Virus record (IMG/VR): IMGVR_UViG_3300024331_000007
Span: 32,001 to 96,000 of that record
Strand: one strand, 5' to 3'
DNA from: a virus
Lineage: Duplodnaviria > Caudoviricetes
Length of the DNA: 64,000 bases
The notes under the pieces were generated by a model, which was given only the letters and a program-made list of their open reading frames with translations, had not been told where the DNA came from and made no database searches. The translations under genes and the position numbers were made by a program. Positions 52,820 through 63,347 of the stretch are shown here, piece by piece (the first letter of the stretch is position 1; every line of letters starts with the position of its first letter).

Positions 52820-53134
52820 ATGAACAATGATGATCTAAAGAAGTTGCGAGACATTTGTACAGAAGGGGCTACGGACAATGGTTCTCATCAGTTTATTTTT
52901 GGCGATTCATTAGAAAAAGCAGCGCAGCATATTAGTAATCAGGCATATCAAGGGAAAACAAGAGAATCTTTTCTGAAAGGCGCAGAAAAATTACAAGGTA
53001 TCAAGACACTACTGATTTTTATGCGAGGAGAAAATGCCCCTCAGCATTTGTTTTTAACTGCATTGGTTGCATTGGGGAATGAAATAAACAGGCTGTATAC
53101 CGCAGCAGATTCGGTTTCTAATAAGGAAATATAA
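52820..53134 (+). CDS. Hypothetical late protein
   Basis: TAAATA plus GAGG. Confidence 0.7.
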   Translation: MNNDDLKKLRDICTEGATDNGSHQFIFGDSLEKAAQHISNQAYQGKTRESFLKGAEKLQGIKTLLIFMRGENAPQHLFLTALVALGNEINRLYTAADSVSNKEI

Positions 53135-53135
53135 A

Positions 53136-56100
53136 ATGATTGGCATGGACATGGGCCGCATACTTACGATTTTCAACAGCATGAAGAATGTTAACATGAG
53201 CGGCACCCCTGCGGCTGAAGAACCCGTCGAAGAAATCGAAACTAAGCCTTGTGCTGAATGCGTGAATTGCAGCGGTACGGGCCATCTCGATTTGGGATGG
53301 GGAGAAACTGTTCCCTGTTTGGAATGTCAAACAACGGGAAAGATTCTGGAATACAGTGATGGAGTTGATTCAGGTCCAATCGGTGACAGTGGAGCGGAAG
53401 ACGAAGGTCCAGCAGGTAAGTATGGCGCTGGAGAAATGTGGCAGAAAGATGAAATGGACTTTCCTCCTGAGAGTTTTTTCAAGACAAAAATTGCTGGCGA
53501 AAAGAAATCCGATCAGGATGTTAATGATCACGACTTAACTGTGGACGATCAACTTATACAGGATCATTTGGAAGAAGGCACCGATAAGTTGGATGAAGAA
53601 CGCGAAATGTGCCGCAGATGCGGAAATCCTACAACTGCACCGGGTATAGGGTTGTGTGACGATTGCTACAAAACTTCATATGAACATTCAATGGATAGAG
53701 TGAATCAAGTAACTCAAAAAAGACGCGCTGGAGATAGAGTTGTTGAGACAGCACCTCCAGATCAGGAAGATTGGGTTAAGAAAAACAAGTCTCGATTCAA
53801 GAAAGAATATGGCGACAAGAAGGGCGAAGAAGTTCTTTACGCTACGGCTTGGAAGAACCACAATAAGAAAAAGACCAACGAAGGTGAAAACACCGTGAAG
53901 AAGACAGTCGATGAATGTAATGGTTGTTCCGCTGGCGCTCCTGCCCAAGATCGTGATGCCGTTTCCGTCAATGCATCTTACAATAGTGACATGGACGAAA
54001 AGAGTGTTACTGTTACTGCTCGTAATGGTAGTGCTGATGAATTGATGCACATTCTCAAGCTGAGTGGCATTATGCCCGGTGAAGAGAAGACTGAGATTGC
54101 TCCTGAGCCACAGCCAGCCGCTGTTACTGGATTGTCGGCAGTAGTTGTTGGTGAAGGCAAAGAAGAAGTAGCAGCATCAATTGAAAACAAAAAGAAATAT
54201 GAACACAAATTTAAGCCGGGTAAGAGTGGCCGTATCTGCGTCCATGCTGGCTCCCATTCTCATTGTGGAAAGGTAGCAGATAATTATTTGCATGTTGGCT
54301 CACCTAAATGGAAAGCGGATAACGATAGACTACAGAGTAAATTGAACGAAGAGTTCCACCCAGACTTGCACGACAGTGACGCCGAAAGAGATTCGATGTT
54401 CTGCGACAGATGTTTTGGTTATCATGACGGTCCGTGCAAGGAAGAAACAAATTTCGAAGGATTGTGCGATCATTGTGGCGATAATGAAGCAATTGACGGC
54501 ACGAAATTCTGCCGTGATTGCCACGAATTAGGATTTGGTGAGGATTGGTATCAGGAACAGCTTGAAAAAGAAATGGCTGAACGCGATCCGTTTGCTATTC
54601 ACGAAGGACACATTTACGAATTGGATACACCTATTTGTTCCAATTGTGGATCGCCAAGAGAAGCAGGTATTCACAGCGGAGCAGATGAAGAAAAGCTCTG
54701 CGCTGATTGCTACAAGTATGCTCACATGGATGAATTGACCAATCCAGCCGACGAAGGTGCATACGATTTTGATAGAGACACAAATTGGGAACCAGATGAT
54801 TTCGAAGAAATGAATCGAAATGAAGCCAATGATTATACAAACGAATCAAAATTGAACGAAACTTCTGGTTATTATGTCACTGGATACACTCTAAAATCCA
54901 GTCAAGATAACAAATTTCGCCAGTGTTTTGTTAAATTAAATTTAGAAAGAGAACACTCTCTTAGCCCAAATTATATTCTTGTATTCGGTAAACAATTTGC
55001 AACTATTTTTGATGATTTAAACGAAGCAAAAAAAGCTGCTGCAAATGCTAAATCAATTTATAAATTACATAGCGTTTCAGTAAAGCCACAAATGGCAGAT
55101 ATTATTGAATTTCCTAAAAAAGTTCAAGAGAAGGTAACTAAAATGAATGAATCACTATCACCAAAAAGAGAAAACACTGGTTTGAACGGTGCTCCTAAGA
55201 CATGGCAGAATGAACCAAACGAACAGATGGCAGGTTGGAAGGCTCTCGTTCAGGATACCGAAGGATTGAGTCAGCCTCATGATATGTTCAATGCCGTGAA
55301 GGGTAGCGACAACATCATGACTGTTGCCTCAAAGAAGAGAGAAACAGAAAAGCCATCGGGTGATTTCGCCGCCAATGCTGTAATTGTTAGTGCAATTGCC
55401 GAAAAATTACAGAAGAAGTTCGATGTGCTGGAAGAATCAGATGATTCAGTTGAACGTATGACATGCTGCAAATGTGGCAAGAATACTTCGCGTTTCAATT
55501 GCAAGTGCGGTCACAAGATATGCTCAAGCTGCAAGGAAGCTCCAGCAAATAAGAAAAAGACTGTTAAGGAAGGTACACTAACAGAAGACCGTTGCATTTC
55601 GTGCGATGCCCGTATACCATCTGGCAGCGACATTGACCAGTGCAAGAAATGCTACAAAAAAGATCACCCAGAAGAAGGCAAGTCTAAAAAAAAGGTAACT
55701 GAAGCTAATTCCAGTAAAGCCGTAAACTGCTGTTCCTGCGGTAAAAACGGAATTGCCAAAAAATCCGAGAAATTTTCCAAATCTCATTGGACTAAGGCTC
55801 CAATGGAATGCAAGTCGTGTGGTCATAAGATTTGTACTCGCTGTAAAACACCTAAAAAGAAGGTAACTGAAGATGAATCTCTTTCGATTCGTTATTCAAA
55901 GAATCTTCCTGAGAAAAATACAGCACCATATACTCTATTGTTTACTGCAACTGATAAAAGCGGAGTAAAGAAAGGACATTTGGGTATTTGGGCTGACTCT
56001 GATCAGGAAGCTATTCAGAAAGGAATTGCAAAGATTGATCAGGAAAATAATTACGTCGGCAAAAAATATCAATTTGCTATTATTGGAATCGAAGACAATT

Positions 56101-57527
56101 TTGGTAGTCCTCGACGTAAACAAATTTATCCCGACAACAAGGTTGAGGAATCAACTGCTTCTAAAGTAGCCAAGCAGAAAGAAGACCATCCAGAAAAGTA
56201 TTGCAAGACAAAGAAGTGCCTCTATCGCACTGATGCTGACTATTGTCCAAAACATAAGCCAACAAAAAAGGTAAATGAATCTGGAAACTTCTCACAATAT
56301 TCAGATGAGTTCTATAATAAGGTTGCTGAACAAGAAAAACCAATGGAAGAGTTTTTGCGCAATGCTGGTTGGGAAAGCAAGGAAATTGTCGCACCTAACC
56401 AGAGAAAGCAATTGATGTGGTTACAACCCGGAAAGCCTTGGAGAGAATATAGTACTTTGAATGCTTATCATACCGCAAAAGGCATGACTGAATCTAAGAA
56501 TACTAAAGAACCAAAAAAGAAAAAGGTATGTTCTGATTGTGGTGGTTGCCCTCCAACTAAGGGTAGCAATTATTGCAAAAAATGCGCAGGTATGAACGAA
56601 TCCAAACTTGGCGATCTTTCTTGGCAGGGGAAGAATCCAAAAAAATTCTGGACCAAAATAACATACAATCTGGATAAGATACTATTCAAATTGTTTTGGG
56701 GTGAAACCTTTCCAAAGGATAGACCTCACTATGATACCAAGACAATTACAAAATATCTGAAGGACTATAACTTATCGGATGAGCAGATCAAGAACATTCG
56801 TCTCTGCGCCATTACAGCAATGAAATCTGCCATTAAGGATGCAGGTATCCCAGACGATAAAGTCTACAAGCTTCAGGATAGTTTTACAATTTACAATTTC
56901 ATCCCATCTTTCAATCGCGATGAAGAAAGACAGATGAGGGACGATATTGATACAGCCGCTCGACACAAATTTGAATTGCTTTTGAAGAAATATGGTCACG
57001 AATTAACGGAGTCTACAATGAAACCAATTGAAGTAACAGAAGAAGTATCCAAGTCGTCAGCAAAGAAGCTACAGGCAGCATTAGATAACCTTGAACAGAA
57101 GGTAAAGAAGTTGGGCGCACCTCCTTCTCCACAGACAAAGATCACGCAATCAATGGAACGCTTCACTGATAAGATTGCAGCTATCAAGGCAGCTTTGGCA
57201 AAGAGAAAAGGCGAAGACGAAGAGGAATCTTCTGAAGACGAAAAGCCAAAAGCCAAGAAGTCTGAAGGCGACGGCGAAAAGTCTGAAAAGAAACCTTTCG
57301 AAAAGAAGGAAAAGTCTGAGAAGTCTGAACCTGATGAAGAAGGCAAAGAAGCTGAGCCAAAGCCAAAGGAACAAAAAGAAACCGCCAGCAACAAGCCAAA
57401 TACAAACGGCGATGACAAGGCACCTGTTGGTAAGGTTAAGGATATTGGCAAAGGAATCTATGAGTCTGAAGTTGAAAAGATGCAGGGATTCCGCAGCATG
57501 CTTGTTGAAGGTTTTGAAAAAGAGTAA
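53136..57527 (+). CDS. 1463-aa modular protein, probable internal head/core polyprotein with ~10 Zn-ribbon modules
   Basis: More than 20 (V/L/M/I)-x-E-(S/G/A/D/E) motifs between small CxxC modules; acidic/basic C-terminus. Confidence 0.7.
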   Translation: MIGMDMGRILTIFNSMKNVNMSGTPAAEEPVEEIETKPCAECVNCSGTGHLDLGWGETVPCLECQTTGKILEYSDGVDSGPIGDSGAEDEGPAGKYGAGEMWQKDEMDFPPESFFKTKIAGEKKSDQDVNDHDLTVDDQLIQDHLEEGTDKLDEEREMCRRCGNPTTAPGIGLCDDCYKTSYEHSMDRVNQVTQKRRAGDRVVETAPPDQEDWVKKNKSRFKKEYGDKKGEEVLYATAWKNHNKKKTNEGENTVKKTVDECNGCSAGAPAQDRDAVSVNASYNSDMDEKSVTVTARNGSADELMHILKLSGIMPGEEKTEIAPEPQPAAVTGLSAVVVGEGKEEVAASIENKKKYEHKFKPGKSGRICVHAGSHSHCGKVADNYLHVGSPKWKADNDRLQSKLNEEFHPDLHDSDAERDSMFCDRCFGYHDGPCKEETNFEGLCDHCGDNEAIDGTKFCRDCHELGFGEDWYQEQLEKEMAERDPFAIHEGHIYELDTPICSNCGSPREAGIHSGADEEKLCADCYKYAHMDELTNPADEGAYDFDRDTNWEPDDFEEMNRNEANDYTNESKLNETSGYYVTGYTLKSSQDNKFRQCFVKLNLEREHSLSPNYILVFGKQFATIFDDLNEAKKAAANAKSIYKLHSVSVKPQMADIIEFPKKVQEKVTKMNESLSPKRENTGLNGAPKTWQNEPNEQMAGWKALVQDTEGLSQPHDMFNAVKGSDNIMTVASKKRETEKPSGDFAANAVIVSAIAEKLQKKFDVLEESDDSVERMTCCKCGKNTSRFNCKCGHKICSSCKEAPANKKKTVKEGTLTEDRCISCDARIPSGSDIDQCKKCYKKDHPEEGKSKKKVTEANSSKAVNCCSCGKNGIAKKSEKFSKSHWTKAPMECKSCGHKICTRCKTPKKKVTEDESLSIRYSKNLPEKNTAPYTLLFTATDKSGVKKGHLGIWADSDQEAIQKGIAKIDQENNYVGKKYQFAIIGIEDNFGSPRRKQIYPDNKVEESTASKVAKQKEDHPEKYCKTKKCLYRTDADYCPKHKPTKKVNESGNFSQYSDEFYNKVAEQEKPMEEFLRNAGWESKEIVAPNQRKQLMWLQPGKPWREYSTLNAYHTAKGMTESKNTKEPKKKKVCSDCGGCPPTKGSNYCKKCAGMNESKLGDLSWQGKNPKKFWTKITYNLDKILFKLFWGETFPKDRPHYDTKTITKYLKDYNLSDEQIKNIRLCAITAMKSAIKDAGIPDDKVYKLQDSFTIYNFIPSFNRDEERQMRDDIDTAARHKFELLLKKYGHELTESTMKPIEVTEEVSKSSAKKLQAALDNLEQKVKKLGAPPSPQTKITQSMERFTDKIAAIKAALAKRKGEDEEESSEDEKPKAKKSEGDGEKSEKKPFEKKEKSEKSEPDEEGKEAEPKPKEQKETASNKPNTNGDDKAPVGKVKDIGKGIYESEVEKMQGFRSMLVEGFEKE

Positions 57528-57539
57528 CGAGGGAACATC

Positions 57540-58205
57540 ATGAAGAGTTCTATTGATCTACTGAAGGAATATCGCGATCTTATCGAAGGGAGGGTATCTG
57601 TAAGCGAGGATGAAACCCCTCAAGAGATATCGCCCCGTGCCGATTTGGACAATTTCATGACCAAATGGGGATTTGTAAAGATCGACGATCCATTACATCA
57701 CAAGTTGCAATCCTATGTAAAGCGCAGCGTCTTTCTGAAGGTAATGATTGATGATGAAGATGATTTTTGGACAATTGAAGATGTAAATTCAGAGGGTGAA
57801 TACCTCGAAGATGGTATTGGTGTCGAATCATTAAAACAAACTGTCATGAAATTGATTCGTGCGGCAAAAGGTCTTCGTGAAAGCACCAACAACATTGTCA
57901 AGGGATCATGGATTCCTCGTCATGATGAAGGACAGTTAACTTGGAAGGACAGGGATGGAATTTATCTCGTTCTACCCGGTAGCAATTCGGCATATGGCAG
58001 CAATGATGGTGGATTCAGTTCAGTGGAAGACGCCGAAGAATTTAACCAAAAAGAACTCGGCGGAAAATGGAAGGTTCAAGTAAATGGAGAACCTCCACAG
58101 CATGGAAAGTTCAATACCTGTTCTGAGTGTGATGGAAAGGGCTGTCCAGAATGTGAGTTCACAGGTAAATACGATGTGGGTGTAAACTCGGAACATTACC
58201 TATAA
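57540..58205 (+). CDS. Probable internal head protein
   Basis: SSIDLLKEYRDLIE start; C-terminal CSEC...CPEC. Confidence 0.7.
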   Translation: MKSSIDLLKEYRDLIEGRVSVSEDETPQEISPRADLDNFMTKWGFVKIDDPLHHKLQSYVKRSVFLKVMIDDEDDFWTIEDVNSEGEYLEDGIGVESLKQTVMKLIRAAKGLRESTNNIVKGSWIPRHDEGQLTWKDRDGIYLVLPGSNSAYGSNDGGFSSVEDAEEFNQKELGGKWKVQVNGEPPQHGKFNTCSECDGKGCPECEFTGKYDVGVNSEHYL

Positions 58206-58215
58206 GGGAGATACA

Positions 58216-58599
58216 ATGCATAAGTCAAGCAGTGAAATTTTAAGAGAATATGCCAACATTATCGCTGAAGGTGATTTGGGCAATCCATATAATAATACCG
58301 CCGAAGATACAGAAGACTTCAACTATGGCGAAGAGGGCGGTCCTATGCGTGATGCTATCAATCAGAATGCCGATGACGAAGAAAATGGCGTTGATCTTCC
58401 AGATGAATCCTTGATGGAACCAGAATCTAAAGACGATTCTGAATTTCTGACATATGATCAAGTTCCAGAAAATGATCCTGTCATTAATCTATCCCGCGAT
58501 TTACAGGTTGATTCCGACAAGATCAGTAGATGGCTGAGCAAAAACAAATATGAATTAACTCCTGTTGGTGGTTTATCTAATAAGGAAGGAAATATCTAA
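58216..58599 (+). CDS. Acidic probable internal head protein
   Basis: SSEILREYANIIAE start. Confidence 0.7.
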   Translation: MHKSSSEILREYANIIAEGDLGNPYNNTAEDTEDFNYGEEGGPMRDAINQNADDEENGVDLPDESLMEPESKDDSEFLTYDQVPENDPVINLSRDLQVDSDKISRWLSKNKYELTPVGGLSNKEGNI

Positions 58600-58600
58600 T

Positions 58601-58909
58601 ATGGATCGTCGTCTTACTGATTTAGAAGGAACTAGCCTACCAAATGGTACTCCATTGAAGACTTGGCCTCGTCCAACTGGCTCTTTTCACGAGTGGCGTT
58701 ATGGAATCCTTGAACTCAGAAAAGGTCAGCCGTGGTTTCAATCCATTGCAGGTGCCGCATGGCCCATTCAATATTGGGATGACTTTGCTTTGGCATCGAA
58801 AGAAGAGTTTGTGATGAAGAAACTGGAACATGATAGAAGGAAATTGGAATCCTCCACGGACTTCTTCAGAAAATATTCAGATATTATCTCTGAAACTGAG
58901 AATAGCTAA
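58601..58909 (+). CDS. Orphan LENA-family domain fused to SSTDFFRKYSDIISE motif
   Basis: LPNGT...LASKEEFVMKKLE matches array members 3, 6, 13, 17. Confidence 0.65.
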   Translation: MDRRLTDLEGTSLPNGTPLKTWPRPTGSFHEWRYGILELRKGQPWFQSIAGAAWPIQYWDDFALASKEEFVMKKLEHDRRKLESSTDFFRKYSDIISETENS

Positions 58910-59307
58910 TGAGAGAAATTTCAAAACTAAGACCTCGACGCTTTCCTGTTAATGAGGCAAAACAGGATATGATGGTCGCTGATAACGAAATAACTAATGG
59001 GTTAGATAGCGATCAGTCTGCTGCTTTACCAAATGCAAGATGGTATGATGGCGGGACGCCATATTTTCATTATAGAGCAATGGTTATGGCTGCAAGTTTG
59101 CCAAATCCACCTAAAATCGGCGTCTCGTCGTTCTCCCAAGATATGCCGTTTTCTTCTGGTTATACTCAAGCCGATGATGACATAATTTCAGCAGCAGCAA
59201 AACTGTGTGGCTATCCGGGTAAACGGCTAAGTAATTCAAGAAGTATGGAAAGTGATGAAATACATAAGGTTTCGCCTAATAATCACAATTCTGGTAAGCA
59301 TAAATAA
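58909..59307 (+). CDS. Hypothetical late protein
   Basis: 132 aa, TAATG-coupled. Confidence 0.7.
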   Translation: MREISKLRPRRFPVNEAKQDMMVADNEITNGLDSDQSAALPNARWYDGGTPYFHYRAMVMAASLPNPPKIGVSSFSQDMPFSSGYTQADDDIISAAAKLCGYPGKRLSNSRSMESDEIHKVSPNNHNSGKHK

Positions 59308-59364
59308 TATCGGTCGCGGATCACTAGTCCCACCGATTCTAATGCATACGGAGCATCAGCTATG
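59301..59364 (+). promoter_or_regulatory. Conserved structured leader of homing endonuclease gene (copy C)
   Basis: TAAATA-ATCGGTCGCGG..CCCACCGAT-CTAATGC..GGAGCATCAG-ATG. Confidence 0.75.
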
Positions 59365-60048
59365 CCTATTTACTGCCAAGAATTTCTTGATCTAATCCAA
59401 TCTATTTCCTTTGATAACAAATATTTAAAATGGTATATAACTCTATGTGCCCAAGCGTCCTTGCGAGGATCAGATCGTTCTGTCATTAATCATAACATTG
59501 GATATGTCGAACAACATCACATTATTCCGAAATCTTTAAAAATTGTTAACGAAAAAGTTGATAAAAATTTAGTATACTTAACACCCAGAGAGCATTTTCT
59601 TTGTCATAGATTTTTAGCTAAGATGTTCAGTAATTCGTTATGGAAGAAGAAAATGAACGCTGCGGTTTTCATGATGTGTAATACTACTTACATGATTTCT
59701 AGTCGGCAATATGAATTTCTCAGATTCCAGCATTTCAAAACAAATATACCATCGATACATACTCGTAAGAAAATGGCAGCTAGTCTGAAAAACCTTATAT
59801 GGATTAAAAGAGAACAAACAAATGAATTTTTGCGAGTTTCATCGGAGAAAGCTCAGGAATTTTACAAACTAGGTTTTATTAAAGGCAGAAAACCTCGAAT
59901 CAATGCTCCAGTACATTCCATAGCAAATAGAAGAAAAATATCAATGTCCCATATACTACGAGTTAAAATTACTTGTGAATATTGTGGTTTGGTGTGTTCA
60001 AAACACATGCATACGAGATGGCATGGGAACAAATGTAAGGCTAAATAA
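59362..60048 (+). CDS. HNH-type homing endonuclease
   Basis: YVEQHHIIPKS..NLVYLTPREHFLCHRFL; C-terminal CEYC..WHG.KC. Confidence 0.82.
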   Translation: MPIYCQEFLDLIQSISFDNKYLKWYITLCAQASLRGSDRSVINHNIGYVEQHHIIPKSLKIVNEKVDKNLVYLTPREHFLCHRFLAKMFSNSLWKKKMNAAVFMMCNTTYMISSRQYEFLRFQHFKTNIPSIHTRKKMAASLKNLIWIKREQTNEFLRVSSEKAQEFYKLGFIKGRKPRINAPVHSIANRRKISMSHILRVKITCEYCGLVCSKHMHTRWHGNKCKAK

Positions 60049-60052
60049 CTAT

Positions 60053-61645
60053 ATGGGAAAAACGTTAGGCGAAACAGAACTAATTAAGCGTCCTCATAAA
60101 AAGACTGTTTACACAAAACAACAATTAGAAGAATTTCGTAAATGTGCAGACCCCGTAACTGGGCCATTTTACTTTTTAAGTAATTACTTCTATGTACAAC
60201 ATCCAAAACAGGGCAAGATGCTGTATAAGCCCTATTCCTATCAGATTCGTCTAATTGACGCTTATCACAACTTCAAAAGAATAGTGGCTATGATGCCCCG
60301 CCAGTGTGGGAAGACAGTTACCGCCGCTGGTTATCTTCTTTGGTCTTCCATGTTTAAAAGCGACCAAACTATTCTTATTGCTGCCCACAAGTTCTCAGGC
60401 GCATCAGAAATCATGAGCCGTATTAGATTTGGCTATGAAAATGTTCCTGATTTTATTCGTGCTGGTATCACAGAATACAATAAGCAAAGCATTGTATTTG
60501 ATAACGGGTCAAGAGTTATCGCACAAACCACAACAGAAACCACAGGTCGTGGTATGTCCATCTCCATCCTATATTCTGATGAGATGTCCTCAGTACGTCC
60601 AACGATTGCTCGTGAGTTCTGGACTTCCTGTTCTCTTACATTGAGCACAGGTGGTAAAGCAATTGTCACATCTACTCCAAACAATTCAGATGATCTTTTC
60701 GCAGACATCTGGCACAATGCCAACAAGACTGAGGATGAGTATGGAAATACTATTCCGAACGGACTTGGTTCTAATGGCTTTAAGGCCGTAACTGCAAAAT
60801 GGAGCGAACATCCCGAAAGAGATGATGCATGGGCAGATGAGCAGAGAGAATTGGTTGGAGATGAACGTTTCGCCAGAGAAATTCTGTGCGAGTTCATCAG
60901 CTTTGATGAAACTCTAATCAATCCATTCGTCCTGAATCAACTACAAGGAATTGATCCAATTGATAAGCAGGGGACTGTGCGCTGGTATGTTAAGCCCTCA
61001 AAGGGAAACATTTATCTGCTATCTCTTGATCCAAGTATCGGAACAGGCGGCGATCCCGCCGCAATTCAAGTATTTGAAGCCAAGAGCAATAGACAAGTTG
61101 CAGAATGGACTCATAACAAGACACCTATTGAAGCCCAAATAAAACTGCTCACCGATATTACCAAATATTTGGTTAGCGTCACTGAGAATAGTAGCAGTGT
61201 TTACTGGAGTATCGAAAACAATACCTTGGGCGAGGCTGCATTAGTTGAAATTCGACATGTTGGTGAAGAGAACATCCCCGGTATTTTCCTGAGCGAACCT
61301 ATAAAGATGGGTTCTGTTAGAAAATTTCGCAAGGGATTCAATACGACAAACTCCAACAAACTGAGTGCATGCGCCAAATTGAAGAATATGATTGAGCATA
61401 AGAAAATGCCAATCTACAGTCGAAAATTAATCAGCGAATTAAAGACCTTTGTCAGTGTTGAAAACACCTATCGCGCAAAGCCGGGTGAAACTGACGATTT
61501 GGTCACAGCCCTAATCACGTTGGTTCGTATGATGGAAGCTCTGAAGAACTACATCCCAGAATTGTCAGAAATTCGAGAGTTGAATGAGGATTCAAATATG
61601 CCTCTGCCGTTCAGCATGTCAACAAGCTCTAGCTCCTACTACTAA
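60053..61645 (+). CDS. gp17: Terminase large subunit (gp17-like)
   Basis: PRQCGKT, YSDE, TSTPN, DP..G.GGD, IENNTLG, DDLV.AL. Confidence 0.93.
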   Translation: MGKTLGETELIKRPHKKTVYTKQQLEEFRKCADPVTGPFYFLSNYFYVQHPKQGKMLYKPYSYQIRLIDAYHNFKRIVAMMPRQCGKTVTAAGYLLWSSMFKSDQTILIAAHKFSGASEIMSRIRFGYENVPDFIRAGITEYNKQSIVFDNGSRVIAQTTTETTGRGMSISILYSDEMSSVRPTIAREFWTSCSLTLSTGGKAIVTSTPNNSDDLFADIWHNANKTEDEYGNTIPNGLGSNGFKAVTAKWSEHPERDDAWADEQRELVGDERFAREILCEFISFDETLINPFVLNQLQGIDPIDKQGTVRWYVKPSKGNIYLLSLDPSIGTGGDPAAIQVFEAKSNRQVAEWTHNKTPIEAQIKLLTDITKYLVSVTENSSSVYWSIENNTLGEAALVEIRHVGEENIPGIFLSEPIKMGSVRKFRKGFNTTNSNKLSACAKLKNMIEHKKMPIYSRKLISELKTFVSVENTYRAKPGETDDLVTALITLVRMMEALKNYIPELSEIRELNEDSNMPLPFSMSTSSSSYY

Positions 61646-61653
61646 ATATAGAT

Positions 61654-63081
61654 ATGAGCCAACAATTCTTCTACGACGAAAATATTCGAAAATGGATGTA
61701 CCAAATTATCCGATTGTTTTCGGAGTTTACCGTACAATTCGGCCTTGATTCCAACGGAAACCAAATGTATAGCACCGTTCCTGTGATCTATGCCGATGCT
61801 ACTTTTTCTGCTGCCACTGTTGCCAAGTTGAATACAGAAAACACGATGGCAAATTTTCCAATGATCAGTATTTGGGTGTCGAATCTCAAATTTGAACGCG
61901 CCAATACATATACTCCAACCTTTGAAAATACGCTGGCAGTTCGTACCCGTCAATACGATGCTAATGTGGGAGCATATCTTCCTACACAGTCCAATGCTTA
62001 CACGGTAAAACGTTTTATCCCCGTCCCATACACCCTTCAGGTGAAAGTAGACATCGTAACCTCTAATACCCAACAAAAATGTCAAATTTTGGAACAGATT
62101 TTGCCTTTATTCAACCCCGCTTTGGAAATTCAGAAGGTTGATAATTATTTGGATTGGGAATCCCTCAGTTATTTGGAGTTGGATGACGTTACTTGGTCGA
62201 ATCGAAGCATTCCAGTTAATCAGGGAAGCGATAGCTCATACGATGTATGCACTCTCACATTCCATGCACCAATCTGGATGAGTTTGCCAGCCCGAGTAAG
62301 CAAGATGGGAGTTATTTTCAAGGTAATTGCAAATATCAACGGTGTTGCTGGACCAGATTTACAAGATATTATCTTCAATACGCGACAGGTTGTAACATAT
62401 AATAATTATGGTCTTCTTGTAAACAACGGCCAGATTCAGATTTATCAACAAACAAATTCAGTTAACGGATTAGCCCCAGACGTTCCTGATGCTTTTTGGG
62501 GTTTAACAACCGCCAACAGCACAGCAAATCTTGCGTCAGTATCCAGCAGTCCAGTATTTTATGGTCCTCCTTTGGAATGGACTGGAATCCTTGCGGCCTA
62601 TGGAAAGTTTAATAATGGCGTTTCAATGATTGGTTTATCGTATGATAACAGTCCAAATGAAATTTTGGGTACGATTACTGTAAATCCTATCGATCCGACA
62701 ATTTTGTTTTATAACGCCAATACTGCCACGCTGCCATCGAATACCCTTCCAGCCATTAACAGTGTTGTAAATCCGCAGGAAGTGGCACCCGGTATTGGTC
62801 TTGCAAATGCAACTATCGGTGATAGCTATTTGCTCACGGCAAACATAGGGACGATGTGGCCGTACAATAACGCCAACAGTAATGCATCGGCCAGTGTAAA
62901 TGACATCATTACCTATACTGGAAATTCTTGGGTAACTTCGTTTTCAGCATCCGAAAATGTCGGCAACATCGAGTTTGTCGAGGATAAGTCAACAAATCTT
63001 CAATACCAATGGAATGGAAATATTTGGATTAGAGGATGGAATGGACCGTATGATGCGGCTTCTTGGAGAATGATTATCTAA
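61654..63081 (+). CDS. gp15: Tail terminator/sheath stabiliser (gp15-like) with C-terminal extension
   Basis: FFYDENIRK, PVPYTL, QILEQILPLFNP. Confidence 0.82.
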   Translation: MSQQFFYDENIRKWMYQIIRLFSEFTVQFGLDSNGNQMYSTVPVIYADATFSAATVAKLNTENTMANFPMISIWVSNLKFERANTYTPTFENTLAVRTRQYDANVGAYLPTQSNAYTVKRFIPVPYTLQVKVDIVTSNTQQKCQILEQILPLFNPALEIQKVDNYLDWESLSYLELDDVTWSNRSIPVNQGSDSSYDVCTLTFHAPIWMSLPARVSKMGVIFKVIANINGVAGPDLQDIIFNTRQVVTYNNYGLLVNNGQIQIYQQTNSVNGLAPDVPDAFWGLTTANSTANLASVSSSPVFYGPPLEWTGILAAYGKFNNGVSMIGLSYDNSPNEILGTITVNPIDPTILFYNANTATLPSNTLPAINSVVNPQEVAPGIGLANATIGDSYLLTANIGTMWPYNNANSNASASVNDIITYTGNSWVTSFSASENVGNIEFVEDKSTNLQYQWNGNIWIRGWNGPYDAASWRMII

Positions 63082-63083
63082 AG

Positions 63084-63347
63084 TTATTCTGATTTTGGGT
63101 GGGATTTATCATCCAAAGATTTAGTGGCCCGAACAAACTTTCCACTATTTCTATTACGAATACTGCTTAGCAACCGCTTTTCAAGGTCTTCGGCGAGTTC
63201 CTGCCCATAATTTTCCTGTACGGTTTCAATCAGCTTGATTGCGCTTGCAATAATATGGGAGCCGCGAGCCTCAATAACGAGGGATGTGTCCTGCGAAGGG
63301 GCCAGTTCTACCAACTCTTCCAGCAATGTCTTTGTTTTGCTATTCAT
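63084..63347 (-). CDS. Hypothetical late protein (probably leaderless)
   Basis: TAAATA-N5-ATG; 87 aa. Confidence 0.7.
   Translation of the reverse strand: MNSKTKTLLEELVELAPSQDTSLVIEARGSHIIASAIKLIETVQENYGQELAEDLEKRLLSSIRNRNSGKFVRATKSLDDKSHPKSE

Noticed and set aside
60053-61645. Intein or intron in terminase (also checked UvsW)
   Set aside because: Lengths and motif spacing are normal; no Hint or LAGLIDADG motifs seen.
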